NCBI GenBank assembly: GCA_049322915.1
Contig: JBMOPW010000014.1
Span: forward strand, 605,527 to 669,526
DNA: 64,000 nucleotides
Direction: 5' to 3'
DNA from: Candidatus Zhuqueibacterota bacterium
GTDB taxonomy: Bacteria > Zhuqueibacterota > Zhuqueibacteria > Thermofontimicrobiales > Thermofontimicrobiaceae
Position numbers and translations under genes: made by a program. Below are positions 38,934-48,663 of the stretch, piece by piece. Under the pieces are notes generated by a model. It searched no databases. It was not told where the DNA came from and was given only the letters and a program-made list of their open reading frames with translations. Each line of letters begins with the position of its first letter. The stretch's first letter is position 1.

Positions 38934-41792
38934 TTAACACGAAAAGGTCCGCAGAAAGGTATGAAAATCGATTTCATCGGCGTTCAATCCGAACCGGTAG
39001 ATGAAATGGCTGGCCAGCCACGAAGAGACAATGGCCTGCAGATAGTTTTGCGGCACGCGTTTCATCACTTTGTCCATGCCGATTTCCTTCACCAGGGTCG
39101 GCGGACAATGCTGTTCAATCACCGCTTTGAAAAGCGTCTTATCTTTCCACAGGTCAGAATTATGGATTGAATCCGTGACTTTGTTGATTTTGTCGCTCAA
39201 CTGGTCGGAGAGGATGGCCATGGGAATTTTGGTCTTGCTGTTTTCATTCCACAATACTTCAAACTCCATCCGCGCATTTTCCTTGATAAAATTCACAACG
39301 TCGGCCACATAACTTTTCCGGAATTCAGGAGTTATTCCATCTCTGACGACCATGTTTTCATTATATTCCGCGTCGGTCAAAGCCAATGACGCGAGCACTT
39401 CCAGCGAAGACGAGGTGACTCCGCCTTTGTTGGCCGAGGCATCTTTGAAAATGATGACGCCCTTACTCTCCAGGGCCAGGCGCGCCTGCTGGGTTAAAAA
39501 CAGGTTAGCGCCCTCGACAACGTATTTGAATCGGGGCACTCCATTTTCATCCAGCAGTTCCTTCCAGTTTTGAATGTTGATCGATTTGGGCCGACCGCCG
39601 CAGGGCACGAATAAATCGGCTTTCAAAATCGGATTCAAATGGAACGTGTTCCGGAAATTCAATCCATTGGCGACGAGCGAACCGTTGGGAAGCTTCACAT
39701 CCCTGTCATTGATGTGCACAAAGAATCCGTTCTTGGAGAGCTTCTGGGTATTGAACTTCTCAACCATTACTCTGGCTTTTGCCAGGCGCGTTAATTCCGT
39801 TCGGTCAATTCCGGCCGGATCGTACAGCACGCCGCTGCCATCGATGATGCAAATGGTTTTGTCTTTTGAAATTAAAATTTCATTGCTGCCGAGATCGCCA
39901 TCCGGACCGCCGGTCTGGACTTTGGTGATGTTCTCTTCGTTTATCCCCAATTTCCTCAGAATGCCGATGACATATTCGTGCACCGAATTGGTCGTCATGC
40001 CGTACAGGTCGTGCGGAATACCGCCTTCGGATAAAGGTTTTCCGGTCGAGAACGATTTCCAGAATTTATAACCGCGTTCGTGAGCGCGATTTGCAGCCCA
40101 ACTCATCACCTCTGCTGTGCCTTCATCCGGGCCCAGGAACAGAATTTCTTCCTTGCCGATGTAATCCTTCACAGATTCATTGGGCAGAATCACATCCAGC
40201 AGCCCATCGACATATTTTTCAAAGGCGACATGCCCCCTGTCCTGATATTCCAGATTCAACAGAATTGTGCCTTTGGAACCGCCTTCCGGAATGTCTTTAT
40301 TTTTCTTCTGTTGGGTGAACGCCAGATTGTAGTTTTCATCGAAGATGGAATCGGAGTTCTGGTCATAATTCTCGGCATCGCGCGAGTGAACGATGCGAAC
40401 GCCGCCGCGGGCGATATCCCGGAATCGGACATGGAAGCCGCGGAATTCTTTTCCCAGCACCATGAAGATGCCGTAGGGATTCTCCTTGTATTCAATCGAA
40501 TCCAGGAATTTGGTGGGATCCAGTCGGAACGCCAGGGATGTTTTGTTCTTCTTGTAAAAATTCGTTTTGAGCACGACGTTGTTGAACAGCAGGAAAAACT
40601 CCAGCACCGCGCGGTCAATTTCCAGAGGAATTTTGCTGAAATCAAACGTGAATTCTTCCTGTGGCGCCTGGCCATTGATGGCGAACCGTTTGGCAAAATG
40701 CAGGTACAATTTTTTTACAACGTCGGGATGATTGTGGATGGTCTGGGCGATTCTGCCTTCTGTGTAAGAATCTTTCACCAGCCGCGTGCGAAGGTTGTTC
40801 AAAATGTCCAGCAAGTCCGGCCGATCTTTGAGCACGGTGGTCAACGCCATGTATTCCATGCTGAAGCTGCTGAGAAATTGATGGGTGAATTTCCAGGCGC
40901 TGGCTGCATAAAAAGCCTCGTGCACCGAGAGTTGGTTGCTTCGGATCAGAGGAGAAAGATCATTTTCCGGATTGATGTAAATTAAACTGATATCGGTGAC
41001 GAGATCGTCCACATGGGGTCTGGCGGTTTCGGCGTCCAGATAGATGGAGATGACCAATCGGCCATTGGAAAACGGTTCGGCGTATTTATGCTTGCTCACC
41101 AGTCCATAAAAATTAATGATATCCGAGATGCCGGAAATGAAACGATAGCTTCCGGCATGGGGAATGGAAACCATGATTCTCAATTCATCGCGCACGTTAT
41201 CGGTGATTGTGATGTAAGGCTGCTTCCAGTTGATGGAATCCCGGACGATTTTTTGATAACGCTGAATGGCTTCTTTCGTGGTCATTTCCAAAAACTGCTT
41301 GTCAGCAATTTTATCGATGTCCGTCTCCATCGGATCTGCGTTGGGCAGTGCATAATCCGGCTTTTGAACAAAGTAGCTTCGAAAATGGGATTCCAGGTCC
41401 AGGCCCGGGGTACGATAGCTCTGCAGCCGGTAGGCCGGGAATACATTTTCTAAACGTCGCTCTATTTCAATGGCCTTCTCGTGATCATCGTTGATCATAT
41501 ACGTGGCAGAGTCCTGATTTTCACCGACAAAATCCACATCCAGTTCTTTGCTGCCCCGATTGATTGCAACGATTTCCGCAGCCATAATGGATTCGACATG
41601 TTTCGCAATCATTTCAACCGAGGTGGTCTGAAAATAGTAACGCACCATCCCAATTTTGCAGCAGAAATTATACAGTCCATTTCGCACCCTCTCCGGTGTG
41701 AAATTTTTATTTTGAAGAATTATCTCTTCAATTTTTTTGAGACTCGCGATTGATAAGCCCGTCTGTTTCGAGGCTTCCTGAAAGACATCCAT
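38934..41792 (-). CDS. Large NAD-specific glutamate dehydrogenase, fungal Gdh2/GDH-3-like
   Basis: FRGFHVRFRDIARGG.R, QQKKNKDIPEGGSKG, GPDEGTA, GGIPHD.YGMT, QTGGPDGDLGSNEIL, PCGGRP, EGANLF, KDASANKGGVTSSSLEVL. Confidence 0.9.
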   Translation of the reverse strand: MDVFQEASKQTGLSIASLKKIEEIILQNKNFTPERVRNGLYNFCCKIGMVRYYFQTTSVEMIAKHVESIMAAEIVAINRGSKELDVDFVGENQDSATYMINDDHEKAIEIERRLENVFPAYRLQSYRTPGLDLESHFRSYFVQKPDYALPNADPMETDIDKIADKQFLEMTTKEAIQRYQKIVRDSINWKQPYITITDNVRDELRIMVSIPHAGSYRFISGISDIINFYGLVSKHKYAEPFSNGRLVISIYLDAETARPHVDDLVTDISLIYINPENDLSPLIRSNQLSVHEAFYAASAWKFTHQFLSSFSMEYMALTTVLKDRPDLLDILNNLRTRLVKDSYTEGRIAQTIHNHPDVVKKLYLHFAKRFAINGQAPQEEFTFDFSKIPLEIDRAVLEFFLLFNNVVLKTNFYKKNKTSLAFRLDPTKFLDSIEYKENPYGIFMVLGKEFRGFHVRFRDIARGGVRIVHSRDAENYDQNSDSIFDENYNLAFTQQKKNKDIPEGGSKGTILLNLEYQDRGHVAFEKYVDGLLDVILPNESVKDYIGKEEILFLGPDEGTAEVMSWAANRAHERGYKFWKSFSTGKPLSEGGIPHDLYGMTTNSVHEYVIGILRKLGINEENITKVQTGGPDGDLGSNEILISKDKTICIIDGSGVLYDPAGIDRTELTRLAKARVMVEKFNTQKLSKNGFFVHINDRDVKLPNGSLVANGLNFRNTFHLNPILKADLFVPCGGRPKSINIQNWKELLDENGVPRFKYVVEGANLFLTQQARLALESKGVIIFKDASANKGGVTSSSLEVLASLALTDAEYNENMVVRDGITPEFRKSYVADVVNFIKENARMEFEVLWNENSKTKIPMAILSDQLSDKINKVTDSIHNSDLWKDKTLFKAVIEQHCPPTLVKEIGMDKVMKRVPQNYLQAIVSSWLASHFIYRFGLNADEIDFHTFLRTFSC

Positions 41793-42143
41793 AGCATTTC
41801 TCCATCATTTATACTTTGTGTACTTTTCAGATCATTCATCTGACCTGGAAAGATAATATTGTGACCGAATATAATTAAAATATAATATAGTTTCAAGAAA
41901 AATTTAAATGAAAGAATAAAATTATAGAATGAAAATGATCAGTGTAATTATTCCGGCCTGGCAATCCATCGCGCAGCGTCCGAAATATGATAGCAGAGTC
42001 GCCGTGCGGGTGGCGGAAGCATGACCTCACCTGTCCGAAGAGTTGATCAGCGACTTCATCCCAGTTTGCACGCCCGGGTTAACCTTATTATCTGACAAAT
42101 AATTTTCTGACCTTTTTGGGCAGAAAATTTTAATACTTTTTTT

Positions 42144-42533
42144 GTAACTGCACAGCCACCAAGTCTCAAAGGCGCGAAGAAAAAAATACATCTAACCTGA
42201 ATTATTCATGAACTGGCTCAGAATTTGAGTCAACATTCAGATTTTCAATTAGCTAAAGGCTAAGCTATTTTGAAACTCAGTTTTTTTACATTTATTCTAA
42301 AAAGAGCACCATTCAGGTTAGCCAGCCTCCTTTAAAAATACTATGAATAATGCAGGCTAAATTATCGATTCAGAAAAGCTGAACGTGGTTTAAAAGATGA
42401 ATTGCATAAAATAAGAACGAATAAAATGACATCTTCGTGCAACGCTGTGGCTTCGTGATTTCGCGGCAAGACTACATGCCTGAATAGCGACGAAAATATA
42501 TTTTAACCCTGAACCGGGAACCTGAGTAGATAC
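42144..42533. mobile_element. ~400-bp nested element, copy 2 (inverted relative to 15009-15417)
   Basis: Reverse-complement match along nearly the full length. Confidence 0.85.
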
Positions 42534-42541
42534 CTTTTTTT

Positions 42542-42690
42542 AATAGAACACGGATAATCCACCAAACAAACGGCGGACGTACCGCACTGATGACACAGAT
42601 TTATCCATATAAAGAATCCGCGAAGATCAGCGTCATCCGCGTCATCAGCGTTCTATTTCTTTTTTGGTTCCGGCTCGTCCTGGTTAGGGA
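42542..42690. repeat. Palindromic element (aatagaacacggat...atcagcgttctatt) plus adjacent ggttccggc...ggttagg motif
   Basis: Inverted ends and 9-mer atc(c/a)gcgtc repeats. Confidence 0.55.
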
Positions 42691-42691
42691 A

Positions 42692-44164
42692 CTACATAAC
42701 TTTCAGCCCACGGCTTTCATAGATTTTTATCCATTTGTTGACGCACTCTGCCAGAGTATTGCCCAATTCCCGGCCGCTGCCGTGTATGGGCCGGAATTCC
42801 TCGGCAAGTTCGGAATATCCTTTGCGGTCCAACCATGTCGAAAAATAGTCGTTATCCGAATATAACTGGATTTTGCTCGGGTGAATTGTCTTGAGCACAT
42901 TGAGCAGGTCGTAGAGATTGTAGATTTTTGTATCTTCGATCAACAGCGGCGTGAACTCCATGCGTAAAATTTCGCGCCGCGTGTGGCGCTTTAAAATCGT
43001 AATCAGCCGTTTGCCTTTATCGTACCGCGGCCTCAGTTTATCACCCAGCTCCCGAAAGCCGTGCATGTACAGCCAGGTTGAAAACCAGTCCTTGCGACCG
43101 TACCGCTCCAGTATCCCTCGCAATTTCTCCGCCTCGGGCGTATCGCTATCGGCTGTGACCACGAGGTTGTAGAGTTCTTCAATATTACGGACGCGATACT
43201 GGCATTCACCGTCGACGTCCCGAATCAGAAAATCGCCCATCCCGGTGAAGTCGTGGATGTAATTTTTCAGCGTCTGCAAGCTGCCTGAATCGCCTTTGGG
43301 CATGATGAACGCGATATCTTTCAGGCTGTTGCCCTCCTCAGCCTTGGAGGCGATGATGACCGGAATGCGCTGGTAATATTTCTGCACCAGGTCGAACAGG
43401 TCTCTGCCTGCGTCGCTCTTCAGACGATCACCGATGGGAAAATACATGTCCGTGATCAGACAGACGACGTCATCGCCCCGGCCGCGCGCTGTAAAATTAC
43501 GGTCTTCAATTTCGGACTCGCTGGAGACGCCGAAGAGGAACTGCAGGGTTTCTTCGTAGGTGCGCGTAGTCATCACATCAGCGCGCTGGCCAATGATGTT
43601 GTAGAGCACCGGCAGAAACTGGGAGAACCATCGCGGCTCATCATCAACGATGAGAAAAATGTACCGTTTAACTTTGGAATACTTTTCGATATTCAGCCGG
43701 TCTTCGGCGCAACGGACGGCTGATGGCAGAATCTGCGATGGCGTGATCTCCGAATTGTCCACGGCAAGAACCAGGTCGGCTTTGGCCGTATAGGGAAATT
43801 TTTGACGGGCGACTGCCGGGGGAGAGCAATGGATTTTACTGTTGGACGAAAGCAGCACGAGGAGTATGTCCGAATTGTTCTTTCGCAGTTCCGATTCATT
43901 CACAAAATTCAGGGCAATGTCATCGCAAATGCAGACGACCGGGCCGCTGGCTGTATAGTGATTCGCCTCAGCCGGATTGGAGAGGATATCGATATTCACC
44001 CAGGGCATGCTGCTTTTGAGCGCGCGGCTCGCCTGGCGGATGTGTTCATCGGCTGAAAAGATGGCCACGCTGGCAATTTTGACCGGATTGATGATTCGGG
44101 GGATAAATTTAAATTCCCTGTGTTTGCCCGTTGCGCGGGTCTTTCGGCTTTGGCTGTAATTCAT
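42692..44164 (-). CDS. Receiver-like + duplicated helical (DUF5752-like) domain protein, equivalent to the N-half of GDH-associated PEP-synthase-like proteins
   Basis: IVDDEP, TYEE, LITDMYFP, G.GDF..RD, and two FSTWL...G..EL....RP repeats. Confidence 0.65.
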   Translation of the reverse strand: MNYSQSRKTRATGKHREFKFIPRIINPVKIASVAIFSADEHIRQASRALKSSMPWVNIDILSNPAEANHYTASGPVVCICDDIALNFVNESELRKNNSDILLVLLSSNSKIHCSPPAVARQKFPYTAKADLVLAVDNSEITPSQILPSAVRCAEDRLNIEKYSKVKRYIFLIVDDEPRWFSQFLPVLYNIIGQRADVMTTRTYEETLQFLFGVSSESEIEDRNFTARGRGDDVVCLITDMYFPIGDRLKSDAGRDLFDLVQKYYQRIPVIIASKAEEGNSLKDIAFIMPKGDSGSLQTLKNYIHDFTGMGDFLIRDVDGECQYRVRNIEELYNLVVTADSDTPEAEKLRGILERYGRKDWFSTWLYMHGFRELGDKLRPRYDKGKRLITILKRHTRREILRMEFTPLLIEDTKIYNLYDLLNVLKTIHPSKIQLYSDNDYFSTWLDRKGYSELAEEFRPIHGSGRELGNTLAECVNKWIKIYESRGLKVM

Positions 44165-44179
44165 AGTATTGGTTGTCTG

Positions 44180-45835
44180 TTATTGCGAAACAATGACACA
44201 GCGCTGGTGGACCGAATCGGCGTAAATGGACACCGGCTGTGGAAATTTCAACACATAGACCGCATCATCAGCGGATGACGGCGTGAAAAACCAGGGGTCC
44301 AGGCTGTCTTCAATCGGTGAAATGAAACCGTAAATGACATTATTGCTCATCAGGTTGGTCAAAAAATGGGTGCCCTGCGTGCCGTACATCCGGGTCTGTT
44401 GTCGTTTCTGCTCCTCATCGAAACCACCCTGAATCATGTATAAAAAATGGCTGCCGTAGATACCGCCGGTCGGATCGCTGGCCTCTTTCTGCGGTTCTGC
44501 CCGGCCGGAGATATCGACGCCGTATTCGAACAATGCCACTGCTCCGGCCACATCGCGGTACTCCACCTGAATGCCCCAGTTGCGATTGCTGCTGCCCAGA
44601 CGGCCGGGAGCGATGAGCACATAGCCCTGGCCCTGGCGCTGTAATTCCTGGTTGATGGCGGCGATTTTTTTCAGGACTGCGTCGTGCTCTCGCTGCGAAT
44701 AAATGAACGGCGACACGGTCACCGCGTAATTCACCCCGGTTTTGATGCCGTGTCCCTGAAAATTGGAAATGGACAGGTACTGATGGTTGAAGTTCTCAGG
44801 GAAGGTGATGGCCTCAAATTTCAACACAGGCAATTGCGTCAATTGGACCACATGAAATTGCCCGCTCAGTCCGCTTTCGCTGGTCTCGGTCAGATTGAAT
44901 ACAAATTCGATTTGATAATGGGCGGTGATTTTGGCCGAGATGATATCCAGAATGGTGCACAAACCGCTTTTAAAACCGAAACGGTCCTGCTGAATCAGAT
45001 TTTCCAGGGTGATCATGTTTTTCTGCTCGCCCACCAGCGAGGCAAAGCGCCGATGAGAAAACCGCACGTGCAGTTTTTTCATGGTCTCCAATTCTTCGCC
45101 GGAGAGATGCGCGTTTTTGGACATATCGATGGCGTAAAAGACCGACTGATCGTTCTCCAAAAGCTCCAGCGAAATGGGATTGCGGATGGTCACCATGGAC
45201 TTGACCGGGAAATCGTCCAGCACGGTGGCATACCCATGTCCCAGCGCGATGCGGGCGAATCCCTCATCCGGATTTTGATTTTTCAAGGCGTACGGGAAAA
45301 ACGAATTGGCCACGCCGGAGACCAGGGGATAATAGATAGGACCGGCATCGGAATTGTCGAACAACCCCGGGATGGGATTGATGACGATGGCCATTTTTTC
45401 GCGGCTGTCCGGTGGTTGTTTTTTGAGGAAATCAGAGTAAATGAATTCAATCGCCTGAATGAACTGGTGGAATCGCGTGGCAGCATCCGGGTGATTGTTC
45501 GGGAGCATGTAGGATGTGTTTTCGCCGGCATGAACAGAGCCGCCGCCCTCCTGGGTTGTAATCGCTTCATTCGTCGCCGAAGATCGCACGCTGATGGGAA
45601 TATTGCCCAATTGCTCCAGGAGGCCGGACAGAATTTCCAGTTCTTCGCCGGTAAATCTGCGGTCGTTCATTAAATAGTGGTCGAAGAAAACAGTGGTGAG
45701 TACGCGAGTGGGCAATTTGTGCGCGGCCGGGATATTGCATTCGTTGATCTTTACAAGCCCTTCGCCTTTTCCACCCATGGATCCGGCGCCGTAAATTTTA
45801 ACGTCGCCAATTTTTTCAACAACTTTTATGCTCAT
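44180..45835 (-). CDS. PEP/pyruvate-binding (PPDK-N ATP-grasp) domain protein lacking His-swivel and PEP-utilising domains
   Basis: GSMGGKG.GL, VRSS, YMLPN, EKMA, YYP.VSGVA.S, PGRLGS, GTHF..N. Confidence 0.75.
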   Translation of the reverse strand: MSIKVVEKIGDVKIYGAGSMGGKGEGLVKINECNIPAAHKLPTRVLTTVFFDHYLMNDRRFTGEELEILSGLLEQLGNIPISVRSSATNEAITTQEGGGSVHAGENTSYMLPNNHPDAATRFHQFIQAIEFIYSDFLKKQPPDSREKMAIVINPIPGLFDNSDAGPIYYPLVSGVANSFFPYALKNQNPDEGFARIALGHGYATVLDDFPVKSMVTIRNPISLELLENDQSVFYAIDMSKNAHLSGEELETMKKLHVRFSHRRFASLVGEQKNMITLENLIQQDRFGFKSGLCTILDIISAKITAHYQIEFVFNLTETSESGLSGQFHVVQLTQLPVLKFEAITFPENFNHQYLSISNFQGHGIKTGVNYAVTVSPFIYSQREHDAVLKKIAAINQELQRQGQGYVLIAPGRLGSSNRNWGIQVEYRDVAGAVALFEYGVDISGRAEPQKEASDPTGGIYGSHFLYMIQGGFDEEQKRQQTRMYGTQGTHFLTNLMSNNVIYGFISPIEDSLDPWFFTPSSADDAVYVLKFPQPVSIYADSVHQRCVIVSQ

Positions 45836-45998
45836 GAATTGTTGAACACCTTCAATCCCAAAATGTTCTTTTTGAAGTCGCCGTTCCCACAACAGCGATG
45901 TCGAGGCAGAGACACATTTGCACATTCCAATCACATGAGGCAGAAAGTCGACCTCACGGGATGGAATTTCCCGATTGAATCAGTGACACATTAAAATG

Positions 45999-46032
45999 AA
46001 AAGAGTGCGATGCTGAGAATGCATCGCACTCT
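45999..46032 (-). terminator. Terminator-like hairpin after the FMN glutamate-synthase-domain gene
   Basis: agagtgcgatgc attctca gcatcgcactct followed by TTT on the minus strand. Confidence 0.65.
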
Positions 46033-46058
46033 GTTTTGATGTTGCCAAATTTGGTGTG

Positions 46059-47636
46059 TTAGCTGGCCAGAATTTGCTCGACTTCGTCGCGATCGGCATC
46101 CATGATATAGGTGATGCCGCTGATTTCAGCCGATTCCGCCGTCAACGCAGCGATATCGTTTCGGTCGATATGGGCCAGGGAGAACTTCCGGTTGCCGCAC
46201 ATCAATTGACGCAGGCCCTGGGCCAGGCGTTCGAAATAAGTGTACAACCCAATCGCGCCGGTGGGCAATTCTTTAAAAGTGTCGTTGCCCAGTTCGCGTT
46301 TCAGATCGGTTGCCGTCACGAACACTTCTTCGATATTCGAGCCGAATCGCTCCACATAAACGGGCAGCATGCCTTCATTGATTCGCTTCCCAATTGTCTT
46401 GCCAACCATCGCCGCAGCCAATGGCCCTCGCGCCATGCCGATCAGTTTGGCATAGGGCGCCAAAAGCGCCAGGCCTTTGAACATTTGATCTTCGAACGTA
46501 AATCCACCGGCCGGCGCTATTGCCGGGACATAGTCTCCATTCTGCGCCAATTGATGAACGTAATCATAGAGCAGCGAATGGAGTTCCACCGCCGGAACGC
46601 CCCATTCGTTCATCATCCGCCACGGGCTCATGCCGGTGCCGCCGCCGGCGCCGTCCACGGTGAGCAGATCGATTTTAGCTTTGGAGGCATATTTCACCGC
46701 GCGGGCCAAATCGGCCGGGCGATAGGCGCCTGTTTTCAGGAACACATATTTCGCGCCGGCGTCGCGCAGTTCCTGCACCCGTTCCATGAAGCTCTCTTCC
46801 GAAACCATGCCAACTCGCGAATGGCGCTCGAATTCCTTGAATGCCCCGGCTTCGAAGGCTTTGATCACGTTTTCGTCCATTGGATCCGGCAGCACGATGT
46901 AGCCGCGTTTTCTGAGGAGTTGCGCTTTGGCTAAATTTTTGATTTTCACTTCGCCGCCGATGTCTTTGGCGCCCTGGCCCCATTTCAATTCGACAGCTTC
47001 GACGCCCAATTCCCGAATAGCGTATTCCTGAGCGCCCAGCCGGGTGTCTTCCACGTTGGCCTGGCACACGATGACGCCGTAGCCATCCCGCTGCCATTTC
47101 TGGAACATTTTCACGCGACGCGCCAGCTCCGGAGATTTTTTCACTCTCCCGTTCACGATTTCGGATTCAGCATCCATACCCACAACATTTTCACCAATGG
47201 TGAGACCGGTGCCGGCCAGCGCTGTTCCAATGGCCAGACCTTCCCAGTTATTCAATGCAACATTGGTCGAACCCAGACCGGGAATCATGATCGGCAGTTT
47301 GAATTTCAATTTGCCAATGCGGGATTCCAGATTCACATTGGGGAAAATTGCTATGTCGCTATCCGCCTTAATTCCATGTGCGCCAACTGCCGTGCCCAGA
47401 ATTGTAAAATGAGAATAATCGACCGGGTAATTTTTTTCCGATGCGGTGGTGATGATGCCAAATGGCTGTGGGTAAATGACTTCATGTCCGCGATAGGCTG
47501 ATTTGCCAATTTCGCACATTCCAACGCAACCATCGATGCAGGTTACACACATACCGCTGAACGGGCTGATAGAATCTTCGGTTCTATTCTTTGTTAAAGT
47601 CGCCGCAGAACGATTTAAACTGGTTAAAGATGGCAT
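46059..47636 (-). CDS. Stand-alone FMN-binding glutamate synthase family protein with N-terminal Cys4 motif
   Basis: ELKWGQGAK.IGG, TVDGAGGGTG.SP, AGG, GMAR; N-terminal CVTCIDGCVGMC; no amidotransferase domain. Confidence 0.88.
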   Translation of the reverse strand: MPSLTSLNRSAATLTKNRTEDSISPFSGMCVTCIDGCVGMCEIGKSAYRGHEVIYPQPFGIITTASEKNYPVDYSHFTILGTAVGAHGIKADSDIAIFPNVNLESRIGKLKFKLPIMIPGLGSTNVALNNWEGLAIGTALAGTGLTIGENVVGMDAESEIVNGRVKKSPELARRVKMFQKWQRDGYGVIVCQANVEDTRLGAQEYAIRELGVEAVELKWGQGAKDIGGEVKIKNLAKAQLLRKRGYIVLPDPMDENVIKAFEAGAFKEFERHSRVGMVSEESFMERVQELRDAGAKYVFLKTGAYRPADLARAVKYASKAKIDLLTVDGAGGGTGMSPWRMMNEWGVPAVELHSLLYDYVHQLAQNGDYVPAIAPAGGFTFEDQMFKGLALLAPYAKLIGMARGPLAAAMVGKTIGKRINEGMLPVYVERFGSNIEEVFVTATDLKRELGNDTFKELPTGAIGLYTYFERLAQGLRQLMCGNRKFSLAHIDRNDIAALTAESAEISGITYIMDADRDEVEQILAS

Positions 47637-47692
47637 TGCAAATCTCCTTAATTATTCCAAAATTAAATTCTGATTTCTTCGTTAATTACAGG

Positions 47693-48391
47693 TTATCTGC
47701 TGTGTTTCGGGATTCGTCCGGAAGCCTGTTCGCAGGCCACGCAGGGATCCATGTAACACATCATATTGTCAAAATACTCCACGCAGGGCGGTTCCAGATT
47801 GGAGCAGGCGTTGCAGATCGCGCCATCCGACTGGAAATTCGGGCCGATACACCGCATCTGGCAGGCGGGACAAATGTACATGCAACCGCCGCAGAGACGG
47901 CATTCTTCGGAGCGAATATCGAACGGCGTGGTGATGTGGCGATTGTGTCCGCGTCCGACGAATCCGATGGCTTTGCCCATCATCTGCTCGGCGCACATAC
48001 GCACACAAAGGCCGCAGTTGATGCAATCTTCGTATTCCTGTTTGAAACGCACCTGGTGCACACCGTGCTTCGAGGCCAGGTCCTGAATCACTTTAGAGCC
48101 GGGACATGTGGCCAAATGAAGTTCAATGACCATTTTCCTGGCGTCCAGGACCCGCTGGGAATTGGTGAAAACTTTCAGCCCCTCGGTGGCCGGATAGGTG
48201 CAGGAACTCACAATTTTGGTGGAGGCGCCACTGGCTATTTCCACAACGCACAACCGGCATGCGCCGTAGGGGCTCAGACCGTCGTGATAACACAATGTGG
48301 GAATGTGGAACCCATATAAATTAGCGGCCTCAAGCAAGGTGGTCCCTTCCTCTACCTGCACATCGAGACCATTCATTGTTAAATTAATCAT
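47693..48391 (-). CDS. HydA-N/NuoG-N-like polyferredoxin ([2Fe-2S] + 2x[4Fe-4S] + Cys-rich tail), no catalytic domain
   Basis: IPTLC...GACRLC...SC; CINCGLC...C; CRLCGGC...CP; extra Cys tail. Confidence 0.88.
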   Translation of the reverse strand: MINLTMNGLDVQVEEGTTLLEAANLYGFHIPTLCYHDGLSPYGACRLCVVEIASGASTKIVSSCTYPATEGLKVFTNSQRVLDARKMVIELHLATCPGSKVIQDLASKHGVHQVRFKQEYEDCINCGLCVRMCAEQMMGKAIGFVGRGHNRHITTPFDIRSEECRLCGGCMYICPACQMRCIGPNFQSDGAICNACSNLEPPCVEYFDNMMCYMDPCVACEQASGRIPKHSR

Positions 48392-48425
48392 GGATTGCTC
48401 CCTTATTTCAGTTCAGATGATTTAA

Positions 48426-48640
48426 TACCTATGATTCTAAAATGAAGTTTTTAAACGCCAATCGTCAAATGCCAAAAAAATTTCAATAATCAAAAAGATA
48501 CATTCGAAACTCAAACACAAGCTGATTTCATGCAGGAAGCGAACATCCGTTTGAAAATTGAAATTTGGTCATTGTCAGTTATTTGTGATTTAAAAATAAA
48601 TTTTTGGAATTTGCAGAATTTCATTTTAGAAATTCAGGTA
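48426..48640. repeat. Intra-operon inverted-repeat element with 7-mer AT-rich repeats
   Basis: tacctatgattctaaaatgaa ... ttcattttagaaattcaggta. Confidence 0.6.
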
Positions 48641-48663
48641 ATACATCAACATCTATCGTTTCA

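Noticed and set aside
44180..45835. Functional PEP synthase (ppsA)
   Set aside because: Lacks the phospho-His swivel and C-terminal PEP/pyruvate barrel domains.
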